Assembly (NCBI GenBank): GCA_014729135.1
Contig: WJKK01000001.1
Span: 192,593 to 256,592, forward strand
Length of the DNA: 64,000 bases
Reading direction: 5' to 3'
DNA from: a candidate division WWE3 bacterium
GTDB lineage: Bacteria > Patescibacteriota > WWE3 > UBA101185 > UBA10185
Below, piece after piece: positions 27,569-37,375 of the stretch (position 1 is the stretch's first letter; each line of letters opens with the position of its first letter). The position numbers were made by a program, and so were the translations under genes. The notes below the pieces were generated by a model that searched no databases, had not been told where the DNA came from, and saw only the letters and a list, made by a program, of their open reading frames with translations.

Positions 27569-28375
27569 CTAAACAACATCAAGTAGCAGCTTAATTGCCG
27601 TAGCCACAACAACAAGCGTCAAAAGAATCTTCATGTACTTACTACCCAACTTATCTGCAAGAGCCACACCGTACCAAGAGCCCAGAACAGTACCTAGGCC
27701 TAAAGGAAAGAAAAAATTCCAAGCAATTGCTCCTTTAGACAGAAAAATCCCGGTAGCTGCAAGCGACATTAGAAAGCCCACGAGGCGAGAGTTCCCTGCT
27801 CCCCGGAGAAGTTTCATTCCTCCAATGGTAGTGAAAGCTATTAGCGAGAAGGTTCCAAAGCCCGCTCCATAAAAGCCCCCGTAAAGGCCCAGCAAAATAA
27901 AGATTCCCATCAAAAGTATAATTCTTTTTTGTGGGATAGTTTCAATAGCACTCTCATCTATTAGATTTTTATAAACGCTACGTAAAACGTATATTGAACG
28001 GAAAGTTTTGGTTTTGCTGTGCAGAATAGGGATGGCAAAAGCAAGAAGAAGCATGAGAACAGCTATCATAGGTGTAAGGGTTGTATCAGAAACGCGGAAA
28101 ACGAGTATTGCCCCTAAACCGGAAGCTAAGGAGGCCAGCCCGCCCAGAAGGAGCGAGAGTTTTACATCAATTAACTTCCTTTTTAAGAAAGCCACAAGAG
28201 CTACTCCTTCTTGAACAAGCGAAAGTAGACGCATGGTACCGATTGCAACATGCGGTGGAAGGCCCGAAATTGAAAGCACGCCCATTAGAGCTAAACCCCC
28301 GCTTCCAACGACGGCATCATAAAGTCCAATAACTAAGCCGACTCCGAAAAGAAGTAGAACTTGGAGTATGCTCAT
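27569..28375 (-). CDS. TauE/SafE family (DUF81) membrane transporter
   Basis: 268 aa polytopic membrane protein with GxGGG-type motifs (VVGSGGLALMG, GGFYGAGFG). Confidence 0.6.
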   Translation of the reverse strand: MSILQVLLLFGVGLVIGLYDAVVGSGGLALMGVLSISGLPPHVAIGTMRLLSLVQEGVALVAFLKRKLIDVKLSLLLGGLASLASGLGAILVFRVSDTTLTPMIAVLMLLLAFAIPILHSKTKTFRSIYVLRSVYKNLIDESAIETIPQKRIILLMGIFILLGLYGGFYGAGFGTFSLIAFTTIGGMKLLRGAGNSRLVGFLMSLAATGIFLSKGAIAWNFFFPLGLGTVLGSWYGVALADKLGSKYMKILLTLVVVATAIKLLLDVV

Positions 28376-29238
28376 TTGCGCTGTTGTAGCAGAACTGTAG
28401 TCGTGGGGTAAGGCATCTCTATGCCTTCTTTTTCATAGCTCTCCAATAAAGACTCTATAACTTCAGATTTTACGGCATAAAGCTCTTTTTGGGAGTTTTT
28501 GAAATTTATCCAGAATCTTAAGACGAATTTTAGGGCGCTGTCGCCTAAATCCTCGAAAAAATACTCAATGGGAAGACTTTTATTAACTTCCGGAACTTCT
28601 CTTACGGCCTGCAAGCCAGTTTTTTTAGCTTTTGTGCGGTCACTATCGTAGGAGATACCTCCCTGAATTTCCAGACGACGTACTCCCTTTTCTGTAAAGT
28701 TTATAATCGTGTTATTGATTACGTTTTTATTTGGTACTTCCAGTATTTGACCTCGTGGGCTTTCAATGACAGTTGAACGACTTTTGATTTGTTTTACAAC
28801 TCCCAGGCGGCTGTCAATTTCAACAAGATGTCCGGTGCGGAAGTGGTCACTGATGGAAAGTGTTACGCCGGATAAGTAGTTGGAAATGACCTCCTGCATA
28901 GCAAAACCGATGATCAAACCGGCAACTCCTGCTCCGGCGAGAAGTGATGTAACGGCTTTATCTAGGTTAAGGATGCTAAGCGTAACTAGAAAACCTATGA
29001 GCATAATGAAGCCCTGCAAAAAGGACGTGCTGAATTTGGAAAGGCTCCGTTTTTGGATAAATCGTTTTGATAGGCGAAAGGTTCCCTTTTTTAACAGTAG
29101 GGATAAAAGGTAGAAGAATAAGAGAATAAGGAGTGCCGCTAAAATGTTGGGAAGAAAGTTGAGTGTGTTTGCCCCCCAAGTTGAGGCGCGCTCTGAGAGA
29201 ATGAGGCTGGCTTGCTGTAACATATTTACATTATACAC
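28372..29238 (-). CDS. Mechanosensitive ion channel MscS family protein
   Basis: 288 aa with N-terminal TM helices and the MscS beta-domain. Overlaps the TauE gene by 4 bp. Confidence 0.65.
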   Translation of the reverse strand: MYNVNMLQQASLILSERASTWGANTLNFLPNILAALLILLFFYLLSLLLKKGTFRLSKRFIQKRSLSKFSTSFLQGFIMLIGFLVTLSILNLDKAVTSLLAGAGVAGLIIGFAMQEVISNYLSGVTLSISDHFRTGHLVEIDSRLGVVKQIKSRSTVIESPRGQILEVPNKNVINNTIINFTEKGVRRLEIQGGISYDSDRTKAKKTGLQAVREVPEVNKSLPIEYFFEDLGDSALKFVLRFWINFKNSQKELYAVKSEVIESLLESYEKEGIEMPYPTTTVLLQQRK

Positions 29239-29547
29239 ATATGTTTTTTTGCGGGAATTTTTACAGATGCATATTATGTAGCTATTTTTTATGGAAATTT
29301 ACGGCTCTTTTATGTAATCTGTAAATCCCACTTACAGATTACATAGAGTTTCCCGTTTGCTCGTATGGTATAGTCCGTCAACCTCCCCATACCATATTGG
29401 TGTTTTTAGTTAATCTTGCAAAGGTTTCGTCCACAGCATTCATGCTACAATTCCTCCATGAAAAACAACCTAAATCTCCAGTATTTTAAAGATAAATTAT
29501 CCATTTTGTTTTAATTCGTGCTAATAAGACCCAACGAAGTAAAAGGA

Positions 29548-30435
29548 ATGTTTCATGTTCATCCTGAGGGCACTGATGAACATGCTCATGCAGAGGGAGA
29601 GCAGCTTCGGCAAGAGGTGCAGGAAAAGTTAGATTTGCAAGAGGTTTATGGAGGCATTCATTTTGTGGATCCTTCGAGACCTGAAAAAACACCTGATATA
29701 GAGGAGAATCTCGACTCTCTGGAGGCTGCCGGTATTCGTCCCGGAATTGAATTCAACATTATACAAGCAGAAGAAGGTTGGCGTCTTGATATTTCCCCGG
29801 AGGAATTACGTGCTCTAAAAGAAGAACATCCGGGGCTTCTTGCTATTGCCTCTATTCATGCAGTTAAGGCTTTTGGTTTTACAAAGGAATCCGACAGTGA
29901 GGCTGCTCCCGAGCAGACGGCGGATGCAATGCTAGCAGCTTATACCGATTTGATAGGTACTTATGGTTCCAGCCTGGATGTTTTAGGTCATCCCTTTGGG
30001 TATGTTACAACGGAGGTGACCCCTGAACATATGCGACAGCTTGCTTCTTTGGCTTCGGAACAGGGGATTGCGCTTGAGATTAATCTTGCTAATACAGGTC
30101 TTTATAATTTGCATGAAAAAGAGTTTTTGCCTTCTGTGGAACAGATTACCCAATGGAATCCGGTTCTAAGATTTCCCGAGGTTCTGGAAGAATCTGATGT
30201 TTTGCTCTCTATTGGTGGGGATTTTCATGGCAACTCAACTATAGAGCAGAAAATGCTTGCCGGAACTTTAACGGATGAGGAAAGATTTCAAGATTCTGAG
30301 TTTACGTATGCTGCATTGCGAATGATGGTTGCCTTGGATCGTTATATGCAGCAACATGATATTTCTAGGGAACGTATCATAAATACTTGGGATTCTGAGG
30401 ATGTCGCATCTTGGTCTAGCCGTTGTTTTAGATAA
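29548..30435 (+). CDS. PHP-domain (polymerase/histidinol phosphatase family) phosphoesterase-like protein
   Basis: N-terminal HVH..EHAH metal-binding motifs and a C-terminal GGDFHGN motif. Start placed at MFHVHPEG. Confidence 0.4.
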   Translation: MFHVHPEGTDEHAHAEGEQLRQEVQEKLDLQEVYGGIHFVDPSRPEKTPDIEENLDSLEAAGIRPGIEFNIIQAEEGWRLDISPEELRALKEEHPGLLAIASIHAVKAFGFTKESDSEAAPEQTADAMLAAYTDLIGTYGSSLDVLGHPFGYVTTEVTPEHMRQLASLASEQGIALEINLANTGLYNLHEKEFLPSVEQITQWNPVLRFPEVLEESDVLLSIGGDFHGNSTIEQKMLAGTLTDEERFQDSEFTYAALRMMVALDRYMQQHDISRERIINTWDSEDVASWSSRCFR

Positions 30436-31507
30436 AATAACTCTTCACAGCAAACTCCTGCTGCTCTACAAACAAACGCTTCAAATGGAACAAATTATTC
30501 TGCTCATAAAACAAAAGCAAAGCCTTTTTATACTCCACTTCATCCACACTTCTATACGACAGCGGATAATATCCATTTGCTAAAAGCAGCGCATTACTAA
30601 TCATTCTAGAAGTTCTTTTATTACCGTCTCCAAAAGGTTGTATATAAGAAATCATTGCCAAAAGGAGCAGGGCTTTTTCAGGAATGCTTTTCTCATTCTT
30701 CAACAACCTAAGAGTTTTCTCCAAAGCCTCCGTAATTTGCTGCTGATTATCTAAAGGAATATACTTAGTCCCCGTAATTCCCACCGCGTGCTTTCTAAGC
30801 CCTTCCTTGATTTCAAGATCCTTAGTAAGAGTTGCATGTAGCGCTCTTAAATCATGTAGCGAAATTTCCCTATAATCTTTTTTGTGCTCTAGAATCGTGC
30901 CAAAAGCTTCTTTATGGTTCAAAATCATTAGAGCCTCCTCTTTGGAATGTCCTTTAGCCTCCTTTTTATTTTTGATAAGCTCCTCTGTTTCCAGAAGGGA
31001 GTAGGTATTTCCCTCTATTTGAGAGGACTTCCAGCTTAGCTCTATAGTGAATCTTTCCAACTCCTTTCGAATTATTGTGGGATCCAGTGTTTTAAACTTT
31101 TTTGTAAGTTTTTCCCTGCCTTGTTCAAAGATTGCCTCTTCCTTAGGATTTAAAAGTTTCGCACTTTTTAAAGCAGAAAAAACACTAAAATTGAAATTTT
31201 CACTCTTTAGTGTCCGGCTATCTGGCGGAGTTTCAAAGTAGTTATCGAGGCCTACGGGGCTTAAAAGGCCTGTTTTTCTAGTAGTTTTATATTTGACATA
31301 CCTTCCTTTGCCTTCCGTCGCCAAAAGACCTTGATCTATTAGGGAATTTAAATCTCTCAGAAGCGTTATTTTTGATACTTTTTCCTCAAGGTTTGCTTCT
31401 TTTGCTATTTCAGCTCTTGTTTTTGGAGTGGTTTTAGCTAAGAAATCTAGGATTTTTTGCTGCCTTGATGTGGGTTTCGTTTCATTCATGTGTTTCCAGC
31501 GTATCAT
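30428..31507 (-). CDS. Fic family protein with N-terminal winged-helix domain
   Basis: Fic motif HPFGDGNKRTSR (HxFx[DE]GNxR). N-terminal wHTH. Confidence 0.75.
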   Translation of the reverse strand: MIRWKHMNETKPTSRQQKILDFLAKTTPKTRAEIAKEANLEEKVSKITLLRDLNSLIDQGLLATEGKGRYVKYKTTRKTGLLSPVGLDNYFETPPDSRTLKSENFNFSVFSALKSAKLLNPKEEAIFEQGREKLTKKFKTLDPTIIRKELERFTIELSWKSSQIEGNTYSLLETEELIKNKKEAKGHSKEEALMILNHKEAFGTILEHKKDYREISLHDLRALHATLTKDLEIKEGLRKHAVGITGTKYIPLDNQQQITEALEKTLRLLKNEKSIPEKALLLLAMISYIQPFGDGNKRTSRMISNALLLANGYYPLSYRSVDEVEYKKALLLFYEQNNLFHLKRLFVEQQEFAVKSYFI

Positions 31508-31566
31508 AAATGATACGCTGGAGCTAGGTTTTTGAAACGATGGAATGTCTTTGAAACTTTCAAGAC

Positions 31567-32376
31567 TTAGCCTCTTTTGGGTAAGGGCACCAGCACACTC
31601 GTTTCATCTTTATATTGTTCATAAGCCGGAATGCCTGCAAACTTCTCCTCCATGCTCTTTTCCGCGGGAGGTAGGCCTGAAACAAACAGTAAAAGTGCCG
31701 TAATATACAAAGGGCTGGCAGCAATGTAAAAATAATCAGGCCCTAAAAACGACATGGCAAAAACAAAAACACCTATCCAGCAGAGAATCTCCCCAAAATA
31801 ATTAGGATGTCGCGAATACTTCCATAAACCCACATTAACCCAGCGACCTTTATTTGCCTTCTTATTAAGGAATTCAAATTTTTGCTGATCAGCAATAGCC
31901 TCTGTTAGGAAACCGGCTAACCACACCACAAATCCTAAAATAGACAAAATATTTGGTTGCAAAACTTCATTATTAGCCGGAGGCACATTTAGCAGCACCA
32001 TTACAGGAAGTGATATCATCCAAATGGATATAGCCTGCAGAAACCAGAACCCTGCAAACTTCAGAAAATCCTCGCGAATTTTGTCAAAACGCTTATCCTT
32101 TTTTGTTTTTAGAATGCGAATTAAAAGATAGGTTGCCAAGCGAACTCCCCAAAGCGTAACCATAGCCAAAATTAAAAACTTTGCTAAAGGGATTTTTGGT
32201 AGGGAAAATAAGGGTTGATGCGTTTTTATCAGAACAAAAAAAGCGGTAATTATAAAAGAAGCTCCGTAAGCAAAATCGGTGAATTTGTCGGTTTTTAGCG
32301 TGTAGGCCAGAATGAAAAAAGCTACTTGAATGGCAAAAATCAGGATAAAAGCTTGGAGCAGTGTCTCTATTAGCAT
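31567..32376 (-). CDS. DUF1295 / steroid 5-alpha-reductase-like membrane protein
   Basis: RHPNYFGE motif. Polytopic membrane protein, 269 aa. Confidence 0.55.
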   Translation of the reverse strand: MLIETLLQAFILIFAIQVAFFILAYTLKTDKFTDFAYGASFIITAFFVLIKTHQPLFSLPKIPLAKFLILAMVTLWGVRLATYLLIRILKTKKDKRFDKIREDFLKFAGFWFLQAISIWMISLPVMVLLNVPPANNEVLQPNILSILGFVVWLAGFLTEAIADQQKFEFLNKKANKGRWVNVGLWKYSRHPNYFGEILCWIGVFVFAMSFLGPDYFYIAASPLYITALLLFVSGLPPAEKSMEEKFAGIPAYEQYKDETSVLVPLPKRG

Positions 32377-32417
32377 GGATTTATTTTAGCACAGAGTGGG
32401 GAACTGTTATACTGTAG

Positions 32418-32819
32418 TTGATGATTGAGAAGACTCTCACAGGAACTTATCGGCTTTTGGAAACCAAAGCGGATACAAAAGTTCTTATTCTCTCTCCGCA
32501 GGCTCCGGATGCGGATTCCACGGCTACAGAAGACCCCCAAGAAACACAAACTTTTGCATGGATAACTGCTAAAGAAATTGGCGAAATACTTGTAACTGCC
32601 AAAAAAGATCATGATGTTCAGTGTGTCCTTTCCATGGGAGAATTTAACCTTTATGACGTAGATGACGACCCCGATCTTGTAGATCTTCAGCATCTAGAAC
32701 TTTACGTAGGAGCAGATGTTTGGCAAGGCTATCTTCTTCCAACGGGACTTCCCACAAAAACAGATAAAAGAAATCGCATTATTCCCACGGAGGAAGTGAT
32801 TACGGGAATTAAAGCCTAG
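32418..32819 (+). CDS. Hypothetical acidic protein
   Basis: 133 aa. No recognisable motif. Confidence 0.3.
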   Translation: MMIEKTLTGTYRLLETKADTKVLILSPQAPDADSTATEDPQETQTFAWITAKEIGEILVTAKKDHDVQCVLSMGEFNLYDVDDDPDLVDLQHLELYVGADVWQGYLLPTGLPTKTDKRNRIIPTEEVITGIKA

Positions 32820-32977
32820 TGGCAAAATCCGCTTTTTTCTCCCGAGAAGAATTTTATGTTGCGCTTCCTAAATTTACAGTGTTCTTACAAGCTACTTATG
32901 TTGTTTTAAGATGCTCTTTTCATAATAACTACGCAAAATTAGAAAATTTAAGGATATTAATTTAAAGAAAGGAAAGT

Positions 32978-33316
32978 ATGAAGACATTAATTCAATTTTT
33001 AGTAAACGGACTGGCAGTTTTTGTCAGCGGGTACTTACTTCCGGAGGTATATATAGAAAATTATTGGATTGCCTTATTAACGGCTTTTGTATTGGGTCTT
33101 CTCAATCTATTGGTAAAGCCCTTCCTCCTGTTTTTCTCCCTTCCGATAACTATAGTTACTTTTGGGCTCTTTACTTTGGTAATCGATACCATTGTGATTC
33201 TGCTGGCTGCTGAGCTTGTTCCCGGATTTGCAGTTAATAGTTTTTTGAGTGCATTCCTGTTTGCCGTTGTGCTGTCAGTTTTTGCTTATTTGTTTCACAC
33301 TTTGCTCGGGGTTTAA
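32978..33316 (+). CDS. Phage holin family 4-like (DUF360) small membrane protein
   Basis: 112 aa with 4 TM segments and a conserved LVPGF segment. Confidence 0.5.
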   Translation: MKTLIQFLVNGLAVFVSGYLLPEVYIENYWIALLTAFVLGLLNLLVKPFLLFFSLPITIVTFGLFTLVIDTIVILLAAELVPGFAVNSFLSAFLFAVVLSVFAYLFHTLLGV

Positions 33317-33510
33317 CCGGACTTTTATAGTCACAGCGGGGCTTATTAATTTAAGTCCCGCGTGGGAAGATTTTTCTCTAGGTTCTAGCTGTCTGGGAGC
33401 ACCTGTAGATATCCGTTGGAAACCCTCCAAAAAGGTCATCCTCAAAAACCCCCAAACCAAAAACACCTTATGCTAAGATACTCTTGTAGCAAATTTACAG
33501 AAAGGACATT

Positions 33511-33774
33511 ATGACTAAAGTAATAGACTTTTATGCTGATTGGTGCGGCCCTTGCAAGGTTATGAAACCGATTTTTGCAGAATTAAAAGAAGAATATGAA
33601 GGAAAAGTAGAATTTGAAAGTATTGACGTGGAGGAAAACGGCTCCATGGCCTCAAAGTATCAGGTTATGAGCATTCCGACTTTTGTGATTTTAAAGGACG
33701 AAAAAGAAGTGGCGCGTCGTTTGGGTGCTATGCCTAAAGAGGCTTTCAAAAGTTGGATTGAAGAGAATAAGTAG
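33511..33774 (+). CDS. trxA: Thioredoxin
   Basis: WCGPC active site. 87 aa. Confidence 0.9.
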   Translation: MTKVIDFYADWCGPCKVMKPIFAELKEEYEGKVEFESIDVEENGSMASKYQVMSIPTFVILKDEKEVARRLGAMPKEAFKSWIEENK

Positions 33775-33783
33775 CCTTTAATT

Positions 33784-34944
33784 ATGACAAATAAAACTGC
33801 CCAGACTCCAAAAAACACTTCTAAAAAGACACGCGTAGCTATTAACGGTTTTGGGCGTATTGGGCGCGCTTCTTTTAAGATCTTGCTCTCAAAGCCTAAC
33901 GTAGAAATTGTAGCTGTTAACGATTTGACTAATCCGCGTATTTTGGCGCATTTGTTAAAGCACGATTCGGCTTATGGGACTTTTAATGCTGCTGTTTCTC
34001 TTGTGGAGGATAGTTCTGAAGTTTCTTTGGATTCCTACAGAGGGGATAAAGCTTTTTATGCTGAAACTGCTTCGGAGACCTCTTTAATTGTAGATGGAGT
34101 TTCGGTTCAGGTGTTGTCTGAGCCTAATCCGGAGAAGCTGCCTTGGAAAGACTTGGATATAGATGTGGTTTTGGAGTGTACTGGTCGTTTTGTAAAGGAT
34201 GGAGCTTCTTATGCCCATATTAAGGCTGGTGCCAAAAAAGTCGTGTTATCGGCTCCTGCAAAGGGTGAGTGTAAAGAGGCTTGCGGTGCTATAAATACTT
34301 ATTTAATGGGTGTTAATGCTGCTGATTATCAAGGCGAGCAAATTGTTTCCAATGCTTCATGTACTACTAATTGTATTGCTCCGGTGGTGCAGATTATGAA
34401 GAATGCTTTTGGAGTGAAAAAGTCTGCTATGACAACTATTCATGCTGTTACGGCCTCTCAAAATATAGTAGATGGTCCTCACAAGGATATGCGTCGTGCT
34501 CGTGCTGCCGGTTACAATATTATTCCTACTACTACAGGGGCAGCTCTTGCCACAACAAAGGTTATTCCCGAGCTGGAAGGCGTTTTTGACGGAATGGCTA
34601 TGCGGGTTCCGGTTTTAACAGGATCTGCCAGCGACATTACGTTTTTACTGGAGCAGGAGGTTACGGTGGAGCAGATTCAGGAGGCTTTTGTTAAGGCTGC
34701 TGAGTCCGAAAAGTACAAGGGAGTTGTTGATTACTCTTATAAGCCCTTGGTTTCCTCGGATATTGTGGGAAGTTCTTTTTCATCTATTGTTGATCTAAAC
34801 ATGACAAAAGTTGTGGATGGTGATTTGGTTAAGGTTTTGGCTTGGTATGACAATGAGTGGGGTTATAGTAATAGACTTGTGGATTTGGCTTTGTTGGTGG
34901 CAGGTTTTTCGCAAGCTTCCCCTGAAGGATTTTCTATAGTATAG
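33784..34944 (+). CDS. gap: Glyceraldehyde-3-phosphate dehydrogenase
   Basis: NGFGRIGR NAD-binding motif and the SCTTNC active site. Has a short N-terminal extension. Confidence 0.9.
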   Translation: MTNKTAQTPKNTSKKTRVAINGFGRIGRASFKILLSKPNVEIVAVNDLTNPRILAHLLKHDSAYGTFNAAVSLVEDSSEVSLDSYRGDKAFYAETASETSLIVDGVSVQVLSEPNPEKLPWKDLDIDVVLECTGRFVKDGASYAHIKAGAKKVVLSAPAKGECKEACGAINTYLMGVNAADYQGEQIVSNASCTTNCIAPVVQIMKNAFGVKKSAMTTIHAVTASQNIVDGPHKDMRRARAAGYNIIPTTTGAALATTKVIPELEGVFDGMAMRVPVLTGSASDITFLLEQEVTVEQIQEAFVKAAESEKYKGVVDYSYKPLVSSDIVGSSFSSIVDLNMTKVVDGDLVKVLAWYDNEWGYSNRLVDLALLVAGFSQASPEGFSIV

Positions 34945-34951
34945 TTTACTT

Positions 34952-35518
34952 ATGCCTACAACAGCAGCATCTTTAGGAAGAAGTCGCGAGAGGGGGGAAA
35001 AGATTCGTTTTGAACATACTGATAAGCTAGGTTATGAAAGGGATGGGGATGTTGAAATGCGTCACTCCTTTAAACCTGATCCCGAAGTTCCTTTGCAAGT
35101 TCTTGTGGGTACTACCCACCATGGAACACGCAATCTAGAAATAGTTCAGCGAGGGGTTGACCCGACTAGAGAGAATGGTCAGGCGCTTGGTCACTTGGTC
35201 TCTGATGAGAAAAAGGGTCTTCGTTGGGAGCGCGCTAAGACTGGTAGACTGGTTGGTAGCTGTGATTCCGAGGGAGCCATTTCTTCTACTATTGTTGTTG
35301 CTTCTGAAAAATATCCTGAGACTTTAGAAGCAGATGTGTCTCCGCAGACAGTGTTGAAATATTACGAGGTTAGGGTTGATTTTGAAAAGGATCCTTTTTC
35401 AGATGCACAGGGTGATCACTCAAAGAGGAAGATAGAAAATTATCATGGGGAGCGCACAAAATACACTTTGAGGGTTACCGAGATTGAAAACCCAGTGTTG
35501 GCAAATAAAAATTCCTAA
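34952..35518 (+). CDS. Hypothetical protein
   Basis: 188 aa. No recognisable motif. Confidence 0.3.
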   Translation: MPTTAASLGRSRERGEKIRFEHTDKLGYERDGDVEMRHSFKPDPEVPLQVLVGTTHHGTRNLEIVQRGVDPTRENGQALGHLVSDEKKGLRWERAKTGRLVGSCDSEGAISSTIVVASEKYPETLEADVSPQTVLKYYEVRVDFEKDPFSDAQGDHSKRKIENYHGERTKYTLRVTEIENPVLANKNS

Positions 35519-35599
35519 ACCTCTTCTGAGCTTTTTGTTTCTTAATCGAGTGTTCTTCTTCTTTCCCTCCTAATGCTACTGTTTTCGTATTTCTCATTC

Positions 35600-36229
35600 T
35601 TACTTATTGTAGTTGGGTGGATTGCTTTTTTCCCTATTCGTGTCCATTTTTTCCAAATGTCTTTCTATATCTGGGTCAAGGGGGTCCTCTATTTCCTCAG
35701 GGGTTTTGTAGCCAGCTTCCTCTAAAAGACTTGAGTAAAACTCTATATCCTCTTGGGCATCTCTAATATCTTCTTCTGTTCCTCCTAACTCTCTTGCGTA
35801 TCTGAGCTTTTCTCTGTTTGCTTCTATTTCCATCAGTGCAATTCCTATTCTGGGATACTGAGTTTCCAAATGTCTTCTTATTTCCAGTGGAGGTCTTTTT
35901 TCCATTGCTTCCAGAAATTGTCCTATATGGATTAGCTCCTCCACTAGGTCTATTTCATCATATCTGCTAGTATCTCCCGGCAGAGTTAATAGGAGGGTGC
36001 CTTTTGGGTCTATTTCTACGCCCATTTCTCCCGGGTATTCTACTTTGTTTTCGTATGCCTCAATTCTTATAACGCCTCCTGTTTTTTGTAGCAGTTTGGA
36101 GATATCCTCTCTTGTATATTCCTTTTTTTCCCTAAAAAAGCTTTCAATTTCTTGCCTTGCGCGGGATATATCTGTCTCCGCGTGCCTTTCCCCTTCATTA
36201 ATAGTTGCTCCAGATTTTCCAGAATACAT
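35600..36229 (-). CDS. Hypothetical acidic protein
   Basis: 209 aa. Preceded by the tandem CTGT-N12-ACAG palindromes. Confidence 0.3.
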   Translation of the reverse strand: MYSGKSGATINEGERHAETDISRARQEIESFFREKKEYTREDISKLLQKTGGVIRIEAYENKVEYPGEMGVEIDPKGTLLLTLPGDTSRYDEIDLVEELIHIGQFLEAMEKRPPLEIRRHLETQYPRIGIALMEIEANREKLRYARELGGTEEDIRDAQEDIEFYSSLLEEAGYKTPEEIEDPLDPDIERHLEKMDTNREKSNPPNYNK

Positions 36230-36285
36230 AAGAGTATATTAGCAGATATATATGATGTGTTTTTATTCTATGGAGGATTTTTGCA

Positions 36286-36340
36286 CTGTCAAATATATTT
36301 GACAGTTTTAGGGTTGAACTGTTCAATATATTTTACAGTT
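36286..36340. promoter_or_regulatory. Tandem palindromic operator-like sites (CTGT-N12-ACAG, SOS-box-like)
   Basis: CTGTCAAATATATTTGACAG (36286-36305) is a perfect 20-bp palindrome. AACTGTTCAATATATTTTACAGTT (36317-36340) is an imperfect copy. Both lie 57-110 nt upstream of the 35600-36229 gene. Confidence 0.5.
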
Positions 36341-36436
36341 GAATTATTTCCCTCTATTATGGGGATAAACAAGTTTTGACTAGAAAATTCTTTGTTTAAG
36401 AGGCTTCCTGCTGGCGATTTTTCCCAATTTAGAGAT

Positions 36437-37354
36437 TTAAAGGTCTCTATACTCTTTCAACAACTTCCTTTGCTTTTTAGACAACCTCTGCGGAATCTTC
36501 ACAAAAACCTCCACAATAACATCACCTCTACCGGAACTATTTAACCTAGGCATGCCCTTACCGCGTACTCTAAACTGCGTTCTAGGTTGTGTGCCCTGAG
36601 GAATCTTTAACTTAGCCTTACCAACTCCCGACTTTTTATCCGGATCAACAACAGGCACCTCCACATTATCGCCCAAAGCAGCTTGCACAAAATCAATCTC
36701 TACAGTTGTTCCCAAATTATCCCCAACACGCTGAAACTCCTTTGGACTTGCCACCCTAAACGTAATGTACAAATCCCCCGGAGGAATCCCATTTGGCCCC
36801 GGCATTCCCTTACCTGCAAACTTCATTTCAGTGCCTGTTCTTATACCCGCGGGAATCTTCACCTTAAGCTCTCCACTTTCAACTTTAATTTCACGTTCAG
36901 CTCCATGAACTGCATCCGCAAAATTCACGCGCATTTCATAGTACAAATTCTTCCCTTTACGAGGACGGCGCCCCCCGGAAAATCCCCTAAACCCAAACAT
37001 CTCCTCAAAAATGTCAAAAGGATCCACATTCCCAAAAGGAGAACTTCCTGAAGTAGTGTACGTATAAGTAAAAGGCCCTTGCTGATTAAACCCGCCACGA
37101 GCACCGCCTCCCTGTGGCCCAAATCCTGCATTAACCGTCCCAAACTGATCAAACATCTTACGTTTCTGAGGATCACTTAACACCTGATAAGCCTCATTAA
37201 TCTCCTTAAACCGCTTCTCCGCCTGAGCCTTATCCGCAGGATCAACCATATCAGGATGGTGCTCTTTTGCCAGCTTTTTGTAGGCCTTTTTTATTTCAGC
37301 AGCGGAAGCGTCTTTGGAAACACCTAAAATGTCGTAGTAGTTCTTGTTTGCCAT
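36437..37354 (-). CDS. dnaJ: DnaJ-class co-chaperone lacking the Cys-rich zinc-finger domain (CbpA-like)
   Basis: J-domain with HPD (YYDILGV...EHHPD), a G/F-rich region and a C-terminal substrate-binding domain. No CxxCxGxG repeats. Confidence 0.8.
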   Translation of the reverse strand: MANKNYYDILGVSKDASAAEIKKAYKKLAKEHHPDMVDPADKAQAEKRFKEINEAYQVLSDPQKRKMFDQFGTVNAGFGPQGGGARGGFNQQGPFTYTYTTSGSSPFGNVDPFDIFEEMFGFRGFSGGRRPRKGKNLYYEMRVNFADAVHGAEREIKVESGELKVKIPAGIRTGTEMKFAGKGMPGPNGIPPGDLYITFRVASPKEFQRVGDNLGTTVEIDFVQAALGDNVEVPVVDPDKKSGVGKAKLKIPQGTQPRTQFRVRGKGMPRLNSSGRGDVIVEVFVKIPQRLSKKQRKLLKEYRDL

Positions 37355-37375
37355 AAGACGCTCTCTGCTCTATTT

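Noticed and set aside
14063-33000. Direct repeat of the tRNA-Asn 3' end that would mark attR of the integrated element
   Set aside because: No second copy of GGTTCGAATCCAACCCGGGGAGCCA, or a sizeable part of it, was seen by eye downstream. Serine integrases need only a short core, so the right boundary stays undefined rather than refuted.
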